Of a stretch of 64,000 nt of DNA, positions 51,192 through 61,491 are shown one piece after another. The position numbers and the translations under genes were made by a program. Location: positions 1,768 through 65,767 of the forward strand of contig CAJBMM010000005.1 in NCBI GenBank assembly GCA_903954185.1, written 5' to 3'. The notes beneath the pieces were generated by a model. That model worked only from the letters and a program-made list of their open reading frames with translations. It did no database searches and had not been told where the DNA came from. Each line of letters begins with the position of its first letter. Position 1 is the first letter of the stretch. The DNA comes from an uncultured Candidatus Berkelbacteria bacterium. GTDB lineage: Bacteria > Patescibacteriota > UBA1384 > CAJBMM01.

Positions 51192-54142
51192 AGCACTTTC
51201 TTGCCAATAGTTGTTAACATTTTTTTCAAGAAAGGATCGGTCGTATTATTTACCCTTCTTTTATATTCATCTGGATACATATTAACCGCATGAAATACCG
51301 AAGCGAATAATTCATCATAGTTATCACGTGGGTGACCGCCAGATGCGTCTGGATCACGCATGAAACTGCTGTCTTTAAGTTTCCCAAAACAATCCTTGTT
51401 ATCATACTTTCCACACAAACTCCAAGCATTCTTCCAATATTGTGTAATTTTATTTGGTTGCAGGTTAACAGTGCAATATTTATTCTGGCCCTTATTCTTC
51501 ATCAAAACCGTATGCCCAAATTCATGAGTAAATACATCCTTAATCTCGAGAAGAGCGTTCCGATATACCAGATAATCGATAAATGAGCTCTCAGCAACAA
51601 TTTCATATTGCTTCACCTGGGGGTCAATTTGAATCACTGGCTCAATACATGACACGGCGTGTGCATTGCTTGTATAACTTTGCAGAATTTTCACCTGCGA
51701 AGGTAATTCCGGATAACGCTTTTGGTACGTTTTTGTCAACAGAGCATATTGTTCCTCAATAAGATTGGATACGTTTTCTAACAACACCTGATTGTCATTT
51801 AAATACTCATTTCTTCCAATCCAAAATAGATTTGCCAATAAACCCTGAGGCTTATGTTGTGATTCGAGTGATTCCCGGTAAATTCTTCCTATCTTTATAT
51901 CGTTTTCACCCCTCCAATTAGATTTTGTGTACAAATAAAGTGGTTCAACCTTCATTTTTTCTGGATAATAATTGTTTCCCCCAGCATATACAACAAAATA
52001 AAAACTACCAGCAGGGAGTTCAACTAATTTATCTAGTATAATGTGACCTTTATCGTCTGAGATATAATCCCTTATCTTCGTAATTTGATCAGTACCAGAA
52101 AGGTTCTCGACTACACGGTATAGAGTAAACGTGTCATTCTTGATCGGTATAACAATTCCTTCCGCATCTTTCACTGTTTGTAAAAGCACTATTAGATCGA
52201 CATTATATTTTTGGATAGGTGTATCTTCAACAGTTAAGGGGAGGGTGATCTCTTTTGTTTGATCATAGTTGTCAGAGAAACTAAATTCATCTGAAAAATC
52301 AGAAACGTATCCTGAATCGTCATCGTGATAAGTCGCATACACATGATAGAAGTACCCTGGGACTAGTTTTGTTTTATCATCACGATATTCATTACTAATC
52401 TCAAAATTACCATCAATATTATTAATTAATTCAATTATTCTGGTTTCCGCTTCCCACTCAGAGTTGCCAAATTTACGACGGTAAACTCTTACGTCGTAGC
52501 CGATCAAATCATTCTGATTTGTTTGAGGATCGATATATAATTTACCAGTAATTTTGTTAGGCTCTTTTTGCTCTGCTTTAATATCATTTTTTCCTAAATT
52601 CGTTGTATTCAAAACAGTAGTACCCCCAGATAACGAGTAATTAATTCGCCCAGAATCTGCACGAACTAAATCGTAAGCAGGGCTCACATTTTTGTCTGGG
52701 TTTAATTTGTAATTAACCTGGGTTGGTTGCAACAATTTTTTTGATACATCATACGAAGTGTTAAAACGGCAAGTTGAATTCGGGTCACGTTGGTCTGGCT
52801 GATAATTGCAGATTTGTATATTTTTACGTAAATCAACAGAATAATACGAATAATTTGTGTTAGCGGGCATGTAACCTGGATATTGCCATTGAAATCCAAA
52901 GTTTGAGCTTATCCACTGATAATTTAGATGATAAACTCCATCTGCTCCCGTTTTAACATTTTCATCGAAAATAGTTTTAGTTGCCGAACCTTGTGTAAAA
53001 TTAATATCAATACCAGGTAATGGCAGATCTGTACTAGTTAAATTCACATGCCCGCATATTAAGGGTGCCTGCAAGTAGACATCGAACAGGTTGCGACCTG
53101 CAACAATTGTAATTTCTTTCGTATATTTATAGTTATTATAATACTTAACAGTTAGCGTTGCTTTCCCAGTATGAATTGTAGAATTATTGTTAGTACCCGA
53201 AAAAGAATAGTTCCCCGCAAAGTCGGCAAGTCCATTTCCAACATAAGTATTGTCTGATTTATGTATTTTTCCGTCTTGAGTAAGTGTTACTTCTGCGCCA
53301 GGTAACCGATAATTCGTGCCTTTAACCGTTACCGTACCCATTACTACAAAGTTTGGTCCGATATCAAAGTTAGCATTTAATAAATCTTGATTTTCTCCAT
53401 TAGAATAGCCCGCATTACCTCTAAAACTTTGACTTACGTATTTCTCTTTACCATCTGGACTGGTGTATTCAACTAAGAATCGGTGCCCAGTAATATAATC
53501 AACCGTTGTCATAACAGCCTCATTAGACCATCCAAATGAGAGTGATTTCTTTGTAATTTTCCCCGTACGTAGCACGGTATTAGTATCAATATCAATGAGC
53601 TGGGTAGTAAAGCCTATGTATTGTCTTAAATCAGCATTCAGACAGCTAGAGGAAGAACACCTACCAGCATAAGCAGTAATTGCCTTGGGTGATGAATCCA
53701 TCATTATTGAGGCACGAATTCCTGTTGGGCCGTGTACTTGGTTTTCTCCATCACTAACTAAAACCGTCTCTTCATAGCGCGACATGCCTTGCCTGGTTAT
53801 TACTAATTTTGCAATGGCTTTTTTTGTATCAAATGTTAGGTGCGGAAAAGTAAACTTACCATCCGCGTCAGAAACAGCATTAAATTTGTTTCCGTTGCTA
53901 AAATCTAAACTCAATTGCGCTTTTACAACTGATTTATTGCTATTGCTAGTAGCGTCAAAATATTGCACTAAACCTGAATAGTCGGCCCCAAATTCTCCCT
54001 TTTCCCACAAAGGACATGTGACCAAAGCATCAGCGGCATGAACATTGCGCTGACTATAAATATGCTGAACCGTAAATATGGAAATAGATATTAAAACTAT
54101 CGAAAGTAGCACGTATTTAGTTGATATTCGATAACTGGTCAT
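51188..54142 (-). CDS. large secreted multi-domain protein (984 aa) with C-terminal HExxH zinc-metalloprotease motif
   Basis: Signal/anchor VLLSIVLISISIFTV. Several CarboxypepD_reg-like segments (GTVTVKGTNYRLPGAEVTL...). HEFGHTV near the C-terminus. Inserted between mraY and murD. Confidence 0.55.
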   Translation of the reverse strand: MTSYRISTKYVLLSIVLISISIFTVQHIYSQRNVHAADALVTCPLWEKGEFGADYSGLVQYFDATSNSNKSVVKAQLSLDFSNGNKFNAVSDADGKFTFPHLTFDTKKAIAKLVITRQGMSRYEETVLVSDGENQVHGPTGIRASIMMDSSPKAITAYAGRCSSSSCLNADLRQYIGFTTQLIDIDTNTVLRTGKITKKSLSFGWSNEAVMTTVDYITGHRFLVEYTSPDGKEKYVSQSFRGNAGYSNGENQDLLNANFDIGPNFVVMGTVTVKGTNYRLPGAEVTLTQDGKIHKSDNTYVGNGLADFAGNYSFSGTNNNSTIHTGKATLTVKYYNNYKYTKEITIVAGRNLFDVYLQAPLICGHVNLTSTDLPLPGIDINFTQGSATKTIFDENVKTGADGVYHLNYQWISSNFGFQWQYPGYMPANTNYSYYSVDLRKNIQICNYQPDQRDPNSTCRFNTSYDVSKKLLQPTQVNYKLNPDKNVSPAYDLVRADSGRINYSLSGGTTVLNTTNLGKNDIKAEQKEPNKITGKLYIDPQTNQNDLIGYDVRVYRRKFGNSEWEAETRIIELINNIDGNFEISNEYRDDKTKLVPGYFYHVYATYHDDDSGYVSDFSDEFSFSDNYDQTKEITLPLTVEDTPIQKYNVDLIVLLQTVKDAEGIVIPIKNDTFTLYRVVENLSGTDQITKIRDYISDDKGHIILDKLVELPAGSFYFVVYAGGNNYYPEKMKVEPLYLYTKSNWRGENDIKIGRIYRESLESQHKPQGLLANLFWIGRNEYLNDNQVLLENVSNLIEEQYALLTKTYQKRYPELPSQVKILQSYTSNAHAVSCIEPVIQIDPQVKQYEIVAESSFIDYLVYRNALLEIKDVFTHEFGHTVLMKNKGQNKYCTVNLQPNKITQYWKNAWSLCGKYDNKDCFGKLKDSSFMRDPDASGGHPRDNYDELFASVFHAVNMYPDEYKRRVNNTTDPFLKKMLTTIGKKVL

Positions 54143-55162
54143 TCAACCTCGGCCAAGTAATGCAACTACAATTCCAACCAATGCACAAACGCCACCGATA
54201 ACCCAAAAACGCATTGTAACCTTTGCTTCTGGCCAACCGATAGCCTCTAAGTGATGATGAAGGGGAGCGGAGAGAAATAATTTTTTTCCGCCATGTGTCT
54301 TCCTATATAAAATCTGGACTATTACCGATAAGGTTTCTGCAATAAACACCGCGCTAATGATTATCAATACAATAAAAGTGTTGGTAAGCATTGCAATAAC
54401 CCCCAATGTAGCCCCCAGTGCCAATGCGCCCGTGTCTCCCATAATAAATCTTGCAGGATAAATGTTAAACCACAAAAATGCCAAGAGTGCACCGACAACT
54501 GTTGCACAAAAACCTGCTATACCAAAACTGCCATTAACAAAAGCAATAATACCATAAGCCGAATATGCCAACGCCAATAACCCACCAGCCAACCCATCTA
54601 AGCCATCGGTAATATTCACAGCATTTGACATTCCTACTATTGCCAACACAAACAAAGGAATATACCAAACACCAATAGTAAAATCTCCTACGGCAGGAAT
54701 GTGAATACCATATTTCGTTCCCCATTCTAGTTTGCAATAAAACCAAAGCGCTCCAATAATAGCAATAATTAATTGCCAAATGAGCTTATGCCTTCCACGT
54801 ATCCCCCCACCATTTGGCCCAATACGAAAAATATTATAAAGATCGTCTGCCAAACCTAAAATAGCAGTAGTGAGCAATGTAAACATCAAAAGCCAGGTTT
54901 GGTTTCTAGTACTATTAAAAAGTAGGGACAAAATTAACACCGGAACCCACACTAAAATTCCCCCCATAGTCGGTACATTCTCTTTTCCTTTATGCAACTG
55001 ACTAAATACTGGGGTAGAACCTTGTCTAATTTTTTTACCAAGCTTATAACGATATAAAATATCGGTTAAAATAGGAGTGAACAACATTGCAAGCGAGAAA
55101 GAGGCAATTGTAAGCCAAAATAATTTTTGTAATGCTCTAAAATCAATGGCGATGGTTTCCAA
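54143..55162 (-). CDS. mraY: phospho-N-acetylmuramoyl-pentapeptide transferase
   Basis: Ten TM helices. Conserved NAVNITDGLDGLA and the DD/HHH catalytic motifs. Confidence 0.9.
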   Translation of the reverse strand: METIAIDFRALQKLFWLTIASFSLAMLFTPILTDILYRYKLGKKIRQGSTPVFSQLHKGKENVPTMGGILVWVPVLILSLLFNSTRNQTWLLMFTLLTTAILGLADDLYNIFRIGPNGGGIRGRHKLIWQLIIAIIGALWFYCKLEWGTKYGIHIPAVGDFTIGVWYIPLFVLAIVGMSNAVNITDGLDGLAGGLLALAYSAYGIIAFVNGSFGIAGFCATVVGALLAFLWFNIYPARFIMGDTGALALGATLGVIAMLTNTFIVLIIISAVFIAETLSVIVQILYRKTHGGKKLFLSAPLHHHLEAIGWPEAKVTMRFWVIGGVCALVGIVVALLGRG

Positions 55163-55222
55163 TAAATCTCCTTATTCTCTAACTATACTTTTATCTAAGT
55201 TATTGAGCAATAATTGAATGCA

Positions 55223-56962
55223 TTATTTATTAGGTGCTATATGAAAATAATTCTTTAATAAATAACTTGCAATTTGACCCCATAATGGAGCTGCCGAGCT
55301 TTCAGCGAATTCAACACCCTGCGGCTCTTCTAACGTAACAAACATGGCAAATTTTGGATCTTCTGCGGGAGCATAACCGGCAAATGACCCATTATTCTTA
55401 TTCTCAAGATATCCTTTACCTTCAGGATCTGCAATTTGTGCTGTTCCCGTTTTCCCTGCGATATTATATCCTGCTACGCCAGCCTTTTTTCCATGTCCTC
55501 GAACAACTACTTGCACCAACATTTCAGTTACTTCTTTTGCCACTTTTTCGCTAATAACATTACGAACTTGTACAGGTTGAAATTCCTCTATCTGCCCATT
55601 TGGCAATTCAATATTTGCAACGGAATACGGTTGCATGTAGCTGCCATTATTTGCAATTGCTGCATATGCCATTACCATTTGCAAAGGAGTAACCGTAACA
55701 CCTTGCCCAAAAGCAATAGTTGCAGTATTAACAGCTCTCCAATTCTGGATAGACGGAAGCTGGCCAGTACTTTCACCTTCTAAATCTATACCTGTTTTAT
55801 CACTAAAACCAAACCTAGAAAGATAGTCGTTGAATAACTCTCGACCAAGTTTATTACCTATATCAACCATACCAACGTTATCAGAATTTACCAACACGTC
55901 GGTCACAGATTCGCGCCCAAACGCTTTATCCTCTGCTGTATGAATATCATAACCATCAACATTAACCGATGCAGCATAAGTATTTTCATAATCTGCAGCC
56001 ATCTTTCCCGAATCTATAGCAGATGCAATAGTAATTGTCTTCATAACACTTCCGGGCTCGAAAGACCTAGATATGCACGGATTCTGAAATATGTTTTGTT
56101 CCCCAGATTTAACTTCGTTATATTTATTTGGATCAAATGTTGGCGCGTTTGCCATTGCTATTATCGCGCCGGTTTTAGGATTTACAATTATTACCGAAGC
56201 ACTTTTTGCAGTGAATTTGTTCATTGATTCAGCCAACATTTGCTCTACCGTTGCTTGAACATCTCTGTCGATTGTTAAAACAATATTAGCGCCTTTATTT
56301 TGCCCCCCTGAAGAATCGTTTAGATATACATTTCCAAATCCATCCCTAGTCGCTTTTTGGTCAGAGGCAAAACCTTGCAACTGATTATTATAATATCCTT
56401 CCACTCCGTATTGACCATTACCCTCTGCATTAACGAATCCTAATAGCGAAGCAGCTAGCGATCCCTCTGGATAACTACGAATATATTCGTTGCTCACACT
56501 TACTCCAGAAAAATTAAGGGATTTAATTTTCTCGCCCACTTCGATAGATAATTTTCTTGCCACAGGCGGTATATAAGCTTTATCATTATTTATTTTGTTA
56601 AATAATTCTTCTTTTTCAACACCAATTAAAGGGCTTAAACTATCTGCAACTTTTCTTACATCTAATATGTTACGTGGAATTACCTCTACCATCACTTTGG
56701 GTTCATTCAAAGCAATTTCAACATCGTCTTCGCCAGGCTGGCCATTAACCAAAATTTCGCCCCTATCTGGGTTAACCGTAATCGATACAGCTTGTTGCGC
56801 CCTAGATCTTGCTTCGGCTAAGCCATTACGAAGAACTGATTTTGTAAATAATTGTATTATAAGCCCAAATATAAAAACCAAAATCACTATCAAAATAACA
56901 CTGGCACGCTTAGACGTCCGGTATGTGCTATCAATCGCGCCAGTTAATCTATTTGGTTTCAT
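55223..56962 (-). CDS. ftsI: class B penicillin-binding protein / peptidoglycan D,D-transpeptidase FtsI
   Basis: N-terminal TM, dimerisation domain, transpeptidase motifs SVMKT (SxxK), SDN, KTGTAQ. Confidence 0.85.
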   Translation of the reverse strand: MKPNRLTGAIDSTYRTSKRASVILIVILVFIFGLIIQLFTKSVLRNGLAEARSRAQQAVSITVNPDRGEILVNGQPGEDDVEIALNEPKVMVEVIPRNILDVRKVADSLSPLIGVEKEELFNKINNDKAYIPPVARKLSIEVGEKIKSLNFSGVSVSNEYIRSYPEGSLAASLLGFVNAEGNGQYGVEGYYNNQLQGFASDQKATRDGFGNVYLNDSSGGQNKGANIVLTIDRDVQATVEQMLAESMNKFTAKSASVIIVNPKTGAIIAMANAPTFDPNKYNEVKSGEQNIFQNPCISRSFEPGSVMKTITIASAIDSGKMAADYENTYAASVNVDGYDIHTAEDKAFGRESVTDVLVNSDNVGMVDIGNKLGRELFNDYLSRFGFSDKTGIDLEGESTGQLPSIQNWRAVNTATIAFGQGVTVTPLQMVMAYAAIANNGSYMQPYSVANIELPNGQIEEFQPVQVRNVISEKVAKEVTEMLVQVVVRGHGKKAGVAGYNIAGKTGTAQIADPEGKGYLENKNNGSFAGYAPAEDPKFAMFVTLEEPQGVEFAESSAAPLWGQIASYLLKNYFHIAPNK

Positions 56963-56982
56963 ATTAAGTTATTATATGTGCT

Positions 56983-57321
56983 TTATTGGTTCACGCCAAG
57001 CTCGGTGGCACCCTGAGTCAAACCTAATCCTTCAGCTTTCTTTTTAGTCTCATTCGCAGTTCTATTCCTAGCTTCTTCTGCTTTTAAAACATCAAGTTGG
57101 TTTACAAGTTGCTCCTTTTTGTCGCTTATCCCACGAATTACTGCTTCACTTTGATTGGTTTTAGAAACATTCAAAATATACAAAGATAACAGCACCCCAA
57201 TAGCTAAGATAGATATCATTTTAAACGCATTTGGTCCGATATATGCCTGCGCACTAGAACTTCGTCTTTTCGTTCCGTGACGATAATATCGCGTACCAGA
57301 ATAAATAACTCGACGCCCCAT
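56983..57321 (-). CDS. ftsL: cell division protein FtsL-like (TM + coiled coil)
   Basis: Topology and position between rsmH and ftsI. Confidence 0.45.
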   Translation of the reverse strand: MGRRVIYSGTRYYRHGTKRRSSSAQAYIGPNAFKMISILAIGVLLSLYILNVSKTNQSEAVIRGISDKKEQLVNQLDVLKAEEARNRTANETKKKAEGLGLTQGATELGVNQ

Positions 57322-57411
57322 TTAACTCCCTCCTTGACTTTGTTGCTCGGTGATTAGGTGATTAGGTGATTAGGATTAATTCCTAGTCAACTAATGACTA
57401 ACGACTAACAA

Positions 57412-58332
57412 CTATATCTTTTCTGCCACTCGCATTTTGGCACTACGGCTACGTGGATTTCCTTTAATTTCTTTTTCGCCTGCAATGATTGGTGATTTAG
57501 TGATAATTTGTAAGGATGCCTTATGATTGCATTGGCACACTGGCATATTTGACGGACAAATACAGTCCAATGCCTCATTTCTAAAAAAGTTTTTAACAAT
57601 TTTGTCTTCGCCAGAATGAAAGCTAATAACTACAATTCTTCCGCCCTTAGCCAATAAATCTGTCGACTTTGCTAATCCAGCCATTAGTTGGCCAAACTCG
57701 TCATTTGCTTCAATTCGTAAAGCTTGAAAAACTTTGGTTGATGGGTTAATACCATGCTTATACGGAACCACCGATTCTATCAAAGTTCTTAATTGCTCCA
57801 CGGTTTTAATGCGATTTTTTTGTCTTTCGCTAATTATTTTATCTACTAAACGGTTTGTGCCCTCTTGACCATTCTCGGTAAATAATTGTTTTAGCTCTTT
57901 TGCCGTCCAATTATTGATAATATCTGCCGCACTCTTTCCGTTTACCCCAATTCGCATATCAAGTGCTCCGGTGCTTAAAAAACTTAAACCGTAGCTTGCG
58001 TCATCTAGTTGCACAGAGGAAACACCTAAATCCAATAGAATAAAATTAACAGATGAAAAATTGTTTTCGGCAGCTATTTGATCAATTTCGCCAAACATCC
58101 CTTTGGCCAATATAAGACTTGGATTGCAAATATGGTTTTTGCAATAATCTAAAGCTTTTTCATCTTTATCAATACCAAGATATTTCCCTGAATTTCCGAT
58201 GATATTTAACAGTGCCAAAGCATGACCACCAAAGCCAATTGTTCCGTCGATAACGCTATCGCCTTCTCGTAAATTACTTTGTTCTATAACGTGTTGTAAA
58301 AGTACTGGAATATGTGGGGAGTTATCTTGCAT
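57412..58332 (-). CDS. rsmH: 16S rRNA (cytosine1402-N4)-methyltransferase
   Basis: HIPVLLQHVIE...DGTIGFGGHA SAM-binding motifs of RsmH/MraW. Confidence 0.9.
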   Translation of the reverse strand: MQDNSPHIPVLLQHVIEQSNLREGDSVIDGTIGFGGHALALLNIIGNSGKYLGIDKDEKALDYCKNHICNPSLILAKGMFGEIDQIAAENNFSSVNFILLDLGVSSVQLDDASYGLSFLSTGALDMRIGVNGKSAADIINNWTAKELKQLFTENGQEGTNRLVDKIISERQKNRIKTVEQLRTLIESVVPYKHGINPSTKVFQALRIEANDEFGQLMAGLAKSTDLLAKGGRIVVISFHSGEDKIVKNFFRNEALDCICPSNMPVCQCNHKASLQIITKSPIIAGEKEIKGNPRSRSAKMRVAEKI

Positions 58333-58415
58333 TGCAGACCTTTGCGATTATTATTTTGCCCCCAGTTTTCAATTTTTAATTTCTAGCGACTAGAAACTAA
58401 AAACTAACAACTCTA

Positions 58416-58847
58416 CTAAACTCCAAAATCAATTAACTTTTCGGCGATTTCATCACTGTGTGATTCTACATCGGCCTGTTGTTCTGCCCAAACTTTGTTA
58501 TCCCAAACTTCAATGCGATTAAATAACCCTGCAACGACCACGTTGGTTTTTAGTTTGGCAAAATCACGTAAATAGGCCGGCAATACTACCCGCCCTTGTT
58601 TGTCTAATTCTATTTCCATTGCTCCTGCCAACATTAATCTCGAAAACTGTCTGGCATCTTTTTGGCTTAATGGTAAATCGGAAAGTCTTTCAATTAAAGA
58701 TTGCCATTGGGACTTAGTATAAATAAACAAACAACCATCTAAACCACGCGTAACTATTGCACCTTCGGTTAAAACACTGCGAAATTTAGCAGGAATTTGT
58801 AATCTGCCTTTTTCGTCTATGTTGTGATTATATTGTCCAATAAACAT
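58416..58847 (-). CDS. mraZ: transcriptional regulator MraZ
   Basis: Duplicated MraZ domain with DEKGRLQIPAKFR and DKQGRVVLPAYLR motifs. First gene of the dcw cluster. Confidence 0.9.
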   Translation of the reverse strand: MFIGQYNHNIDEKGRLQIPAKFRSVLTEGAIVTRGLDGCLFIYTKSQWQSLIERLSDLPLSQKDARQFSRLMLAGAMEIELDKQGRVVLPAYLRDFAKLKTNVVVAGLFNRIEVWDNKVWAEQQADVESHSDEIAEKLIDFGV

Positions 58848-59287
58848 CTATCGCACCTTCGGCTTGAGTGCAAAATGCAAAGTGCAAAATGCATAATTAT
58901 GGAATTTTTTGAAAATTGAAAATTGAAAATTGAAAATTCTGTTATATATGGCCTCTCCAACGGCCAACTGGAATCTTTATACAAGAAACCAAGCTGACCG
59001 TTGGATCTAAATTTCGGCCTTTTGCCCCTCCTTAAAGCCCCATAACAAGCGAGACGCTCGTAAATAGGGTGGCTTACAAAGTGTCTGCGGCTAATAAAAG
59101 TTATCCACAGGGTTATCCACTTTTCCCCACTTTGCCCCACTTTTAAGGATCTAGATTGATATTAGCCCCACATCTACCCACTGTCAATACAAACAAAACC
59201 CGAAAGTTTGCATAAGGATGTGCGAAAAGCACCCAATAAATTGAGCACTTCGCCTTTATAATGAGCATTTCAACTCACATACATAGT

Positions 59288-59435
59288 TGTTATTCCTGCG
59301 CATGCAGGAATCTACATAATAAATCGGATAACTGGATTTCTGCCCATTCGACAAGCTCAGGGTCTCTAGTGCAATCGATTGACCTTCGCCCGTCTCGTTC
59401 GAGGCGAACAGCCGAGGTGGACAGGAATGACAGTG
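59288..59435. repeat. dispersed palindromic repeat family A, long composite copy
   Basis: attcctgcgcatgcaggaatctacataataaat ... cattcgacaagctcagggtct ... gacaggaatgaca. Same modules as 19249..19325 and 29667..29745. Confidence 0.75.
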
Positions 59436-59453
59436 AGTAAGTTTAAAAAATAT

Positions 59454-60806
59454 TTATATTTGATCGGCTATTTTATCTATTTTGATGCGGGATTGTTCCA
59501 TTGTATCTCTGTCTCGCAGAGTAACCGTTTTATCTTCTAAAGTTTGAAAATCGATAGTTACGCAAGCGGGAGTGCCAATTTCATCTTGACGGCGGTAGCG
59601 TTTGCCAATAGAACCACTTTCATCATATTCCGTCATAAGACCAGTAGTCTTAAGATCGTGGAAAATGCCTTTGGCAACATCAACTAGTTCCGGTTTGTTT
59701 TTTAAAAGTGGCATAACTGCTACTTTTATTGGTGCAATACTTTTATTAAACCGCAACACAGTTCTGCTTCCACCCTCATCGGATTTTTCGCCATCCTGCT
59801 CCCTGCTCCCTGCTTCCTGTTCCCTAATTTCCTCTTCATCATAAGCATCAAAAAGTGCCATCAAAGTAGCTCTATCTGCGCCAACAGACGTTTCTATTAT
59901 ATATGGAGTGAATTTTTCACCCGTAGATTCATCAAAATAACTCAAATCTTTACCAGAAAACTGAGAGTGACGCGAAAGGTCCCAATCGCCACGATTGTGA
60001 ATACCCTCAAATTCGTCCCAACCCCATGGTGTTTTATATTCAATATCTTCAGCTGCTTTGGCATAATGTGCCAACTTATCATGTGGTAAGAAATGTATGT
60101 TTTGCAAATTAATGCCAATAGCCTTATACCAATTCAAGCGCGTCTCTTTCCATTCGGCAAACAATTTGTCAGCTGACTTTGGATTGCAAAAATATTGCAT
60201 TTCCATTTGCTCAAACTCACGCGTTCGAAAAATAAAATTTCCAGGTGTAATTTCATTCCTAAATGCTTTACCAATTTGCGCAATACCGAAAGGAATTTTC
60301 TGCCTGCTGGTATTTAAAACATTCTTAAAATTAACATAAATTCCCTGGCATGTTTCACCGCGAAGATAGATTTCAGATTTTTCACCCTCAATAGTACCCA
60401 AATAAGTTTTCATTAAAATGTTAAAATTTTTCGGATCGGTAAAGTTGTCTTTTGTTCCGCAATTTGGACAAACTAGTTTACCATCTTTCGCCTTTGCCAA
60501 TTTATCTTCTCTAAATCTGTTATGACACTGCTTACACTCCACCAAAGGGTCAGTAAAGCTATCCACATGCCCACTGGCTTCCCAAGTGCGTGGATGCATT
60601 AAAATGGCAGCATCTAAGCCTACAACGTCATCACGCTCTTGCACCATTGCCTTCCACCAAGCTGCTTTAATGTTATTTTTAAGCAATACACCATACGGAC
60701 CATAATCCCAAGTACTAGCTAGCCCACCATAAATCTCGGACGATGGAAAAACAAAACCACGCCGTTTGGCTAAATTAACAATTTGATCTAGGCTTTTTGC
60801 ACTCAT
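59454..60806 (-). CDS. glyQS: glycyl-tRNA synthetase (alpha2 GlyQS type)
   Basis: Class II motifs (FRNEITPGNFIFRTREFEQMEMQYF, motif 3 GADRATLMAL) and C-terminal anticodon-binding domain. Contains a low-complexity acidic insertion (EEEIREQEAGSREQDGEKSDEGGS). Confidence 0.9.
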   Translation of the reverse strand: MSAKSLDQIVNLAKRRGFVFPSSEIYGGLASTWDYGPYGVLLKNNIKAAWWKAMVQERDDVVGLDAAILMHPRTWEASGHVDSFTDPLVECKQCHNRFREDKLAKAKDGKLVCPNCGTKDNFTDPKNFNILMKTYLGTIEGEKSEIYLRGETCQGIYVNFKNVLNTSRQKIPFGIAQIGKAFRNEITPGNFIFRTREFEQMEMQYFCNPKSADKLFAEWKETRLNWYKAIGINLQNIHFLPHDKLAHYAKAAEDIEYKTPWGWDEFEGIHNRGDWDLSRHSQFSGKDLSYFDESTGEKFTPYIIETSVGADRATLMALFDAYDEEEIREQEAGSREQDGEKSDEGGSRTVLRFNKSIAPIKVAVMPLLKNKPELVDVAKGIFHDLKTTGLMTEYDESGSIGKRYRRQDEIGTPACVTIDFQTLEDKTVTLRDRDTMEQSRIKIDKIADQI

Positions 60807-60989
60807 AAAATATTTAAATAATCATTTAATCGACTTATTAAGATTGAGTATACCACAATTAGGATTCTTGCACTAATAGCTAATGTGCCCACACGCATAG
60901 TTTTTGATCTTAATTATCAGCCGAAACGGCGCGCCCATCACCTGGGTGCGCCGTTTCACTTCACATTGAAAATATATTGATTCTAATTC

Positions 60990-61436
60990 CTAAACAATAT
61001 CATCTACAATACACTTTTGAACCACCCAATCTGCCCATTGACTGAATTGTTGCAACACTTCTAAATTACCCGCTTGCGCCTGCAGCGCGTATGTATCGTA
61101 TTTATTATTTATCGCCATTTCTAGATTTGCAACTTGAGTTAAATCTACACGGTTTTGCCTCATTTGCGCCAATTCTTGACTACGCGTTAATCCAATCAGT
61201 TCAATAGTTGCTTTCTGAAGTCGCGAAGTATCCCCCGCCGCAACTTCGGCCACCAACCTATCTAAAGCATTATGTTGTTCATTTCGCCTTTGAGCGTACA
61301 TTAAATTCTGTGCGTGCCCTTGTTCTGTTGCAGCATGTGATAGTCTTAAATTTACGCCATATTTGTTAATTGCTAGCTTTACGTTAGCAAGTGGGTCTCC
61401 GCCCATCGCTTCTGGACGTGATAATCTTTCACCCAT
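60990..61436 (-). CDS. hypothetical protein (148 aa, Ala/Gln-rich helical)
   Basis: ORF with slightly elevated GC. No motif recognised. Confidence 0.35.
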   Translation of the reverse strand: MGERLSRPEAMGGDPLANVKLAINKYGVNLRLSHAATEQGHAQNLMYAQRRNEQHNALDRLVAEVAAGDTSRLQKATIELIGLTRSQELAQMRQNRVDLTQVANLEMAINNKYDTYALQAQAGNLEVLQQFSQWADWVVQKCIVDDIV

Positions 61437-61491
61437 ATTCCCATCCTATCCAAAATTATAATATTCTAATAACACATTAAGTATAAAACAA

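Noticed and set aside
60807-60990. Possible T-box leader upstream of glyQS. The minus-strand leader contains gaatcctaattgtggtatact, which partly resembles the AAUUAGGGUGGUACC T-box motif, and a hairpin aacggcgc...gcgccgtt at 60924..60956.
   Set aside because: - The motif match is weak (AATT..TGGTA only).
- The hairpin lies 5' of the motif on the mRNA, whereas a T-box terminator or antiterminator must overlap or follow it.
- No specifier loop or stem I features are recognisable.
- The hairpin more likely terminates the upstream 148-aa gene, and even that lacks a U-tract.
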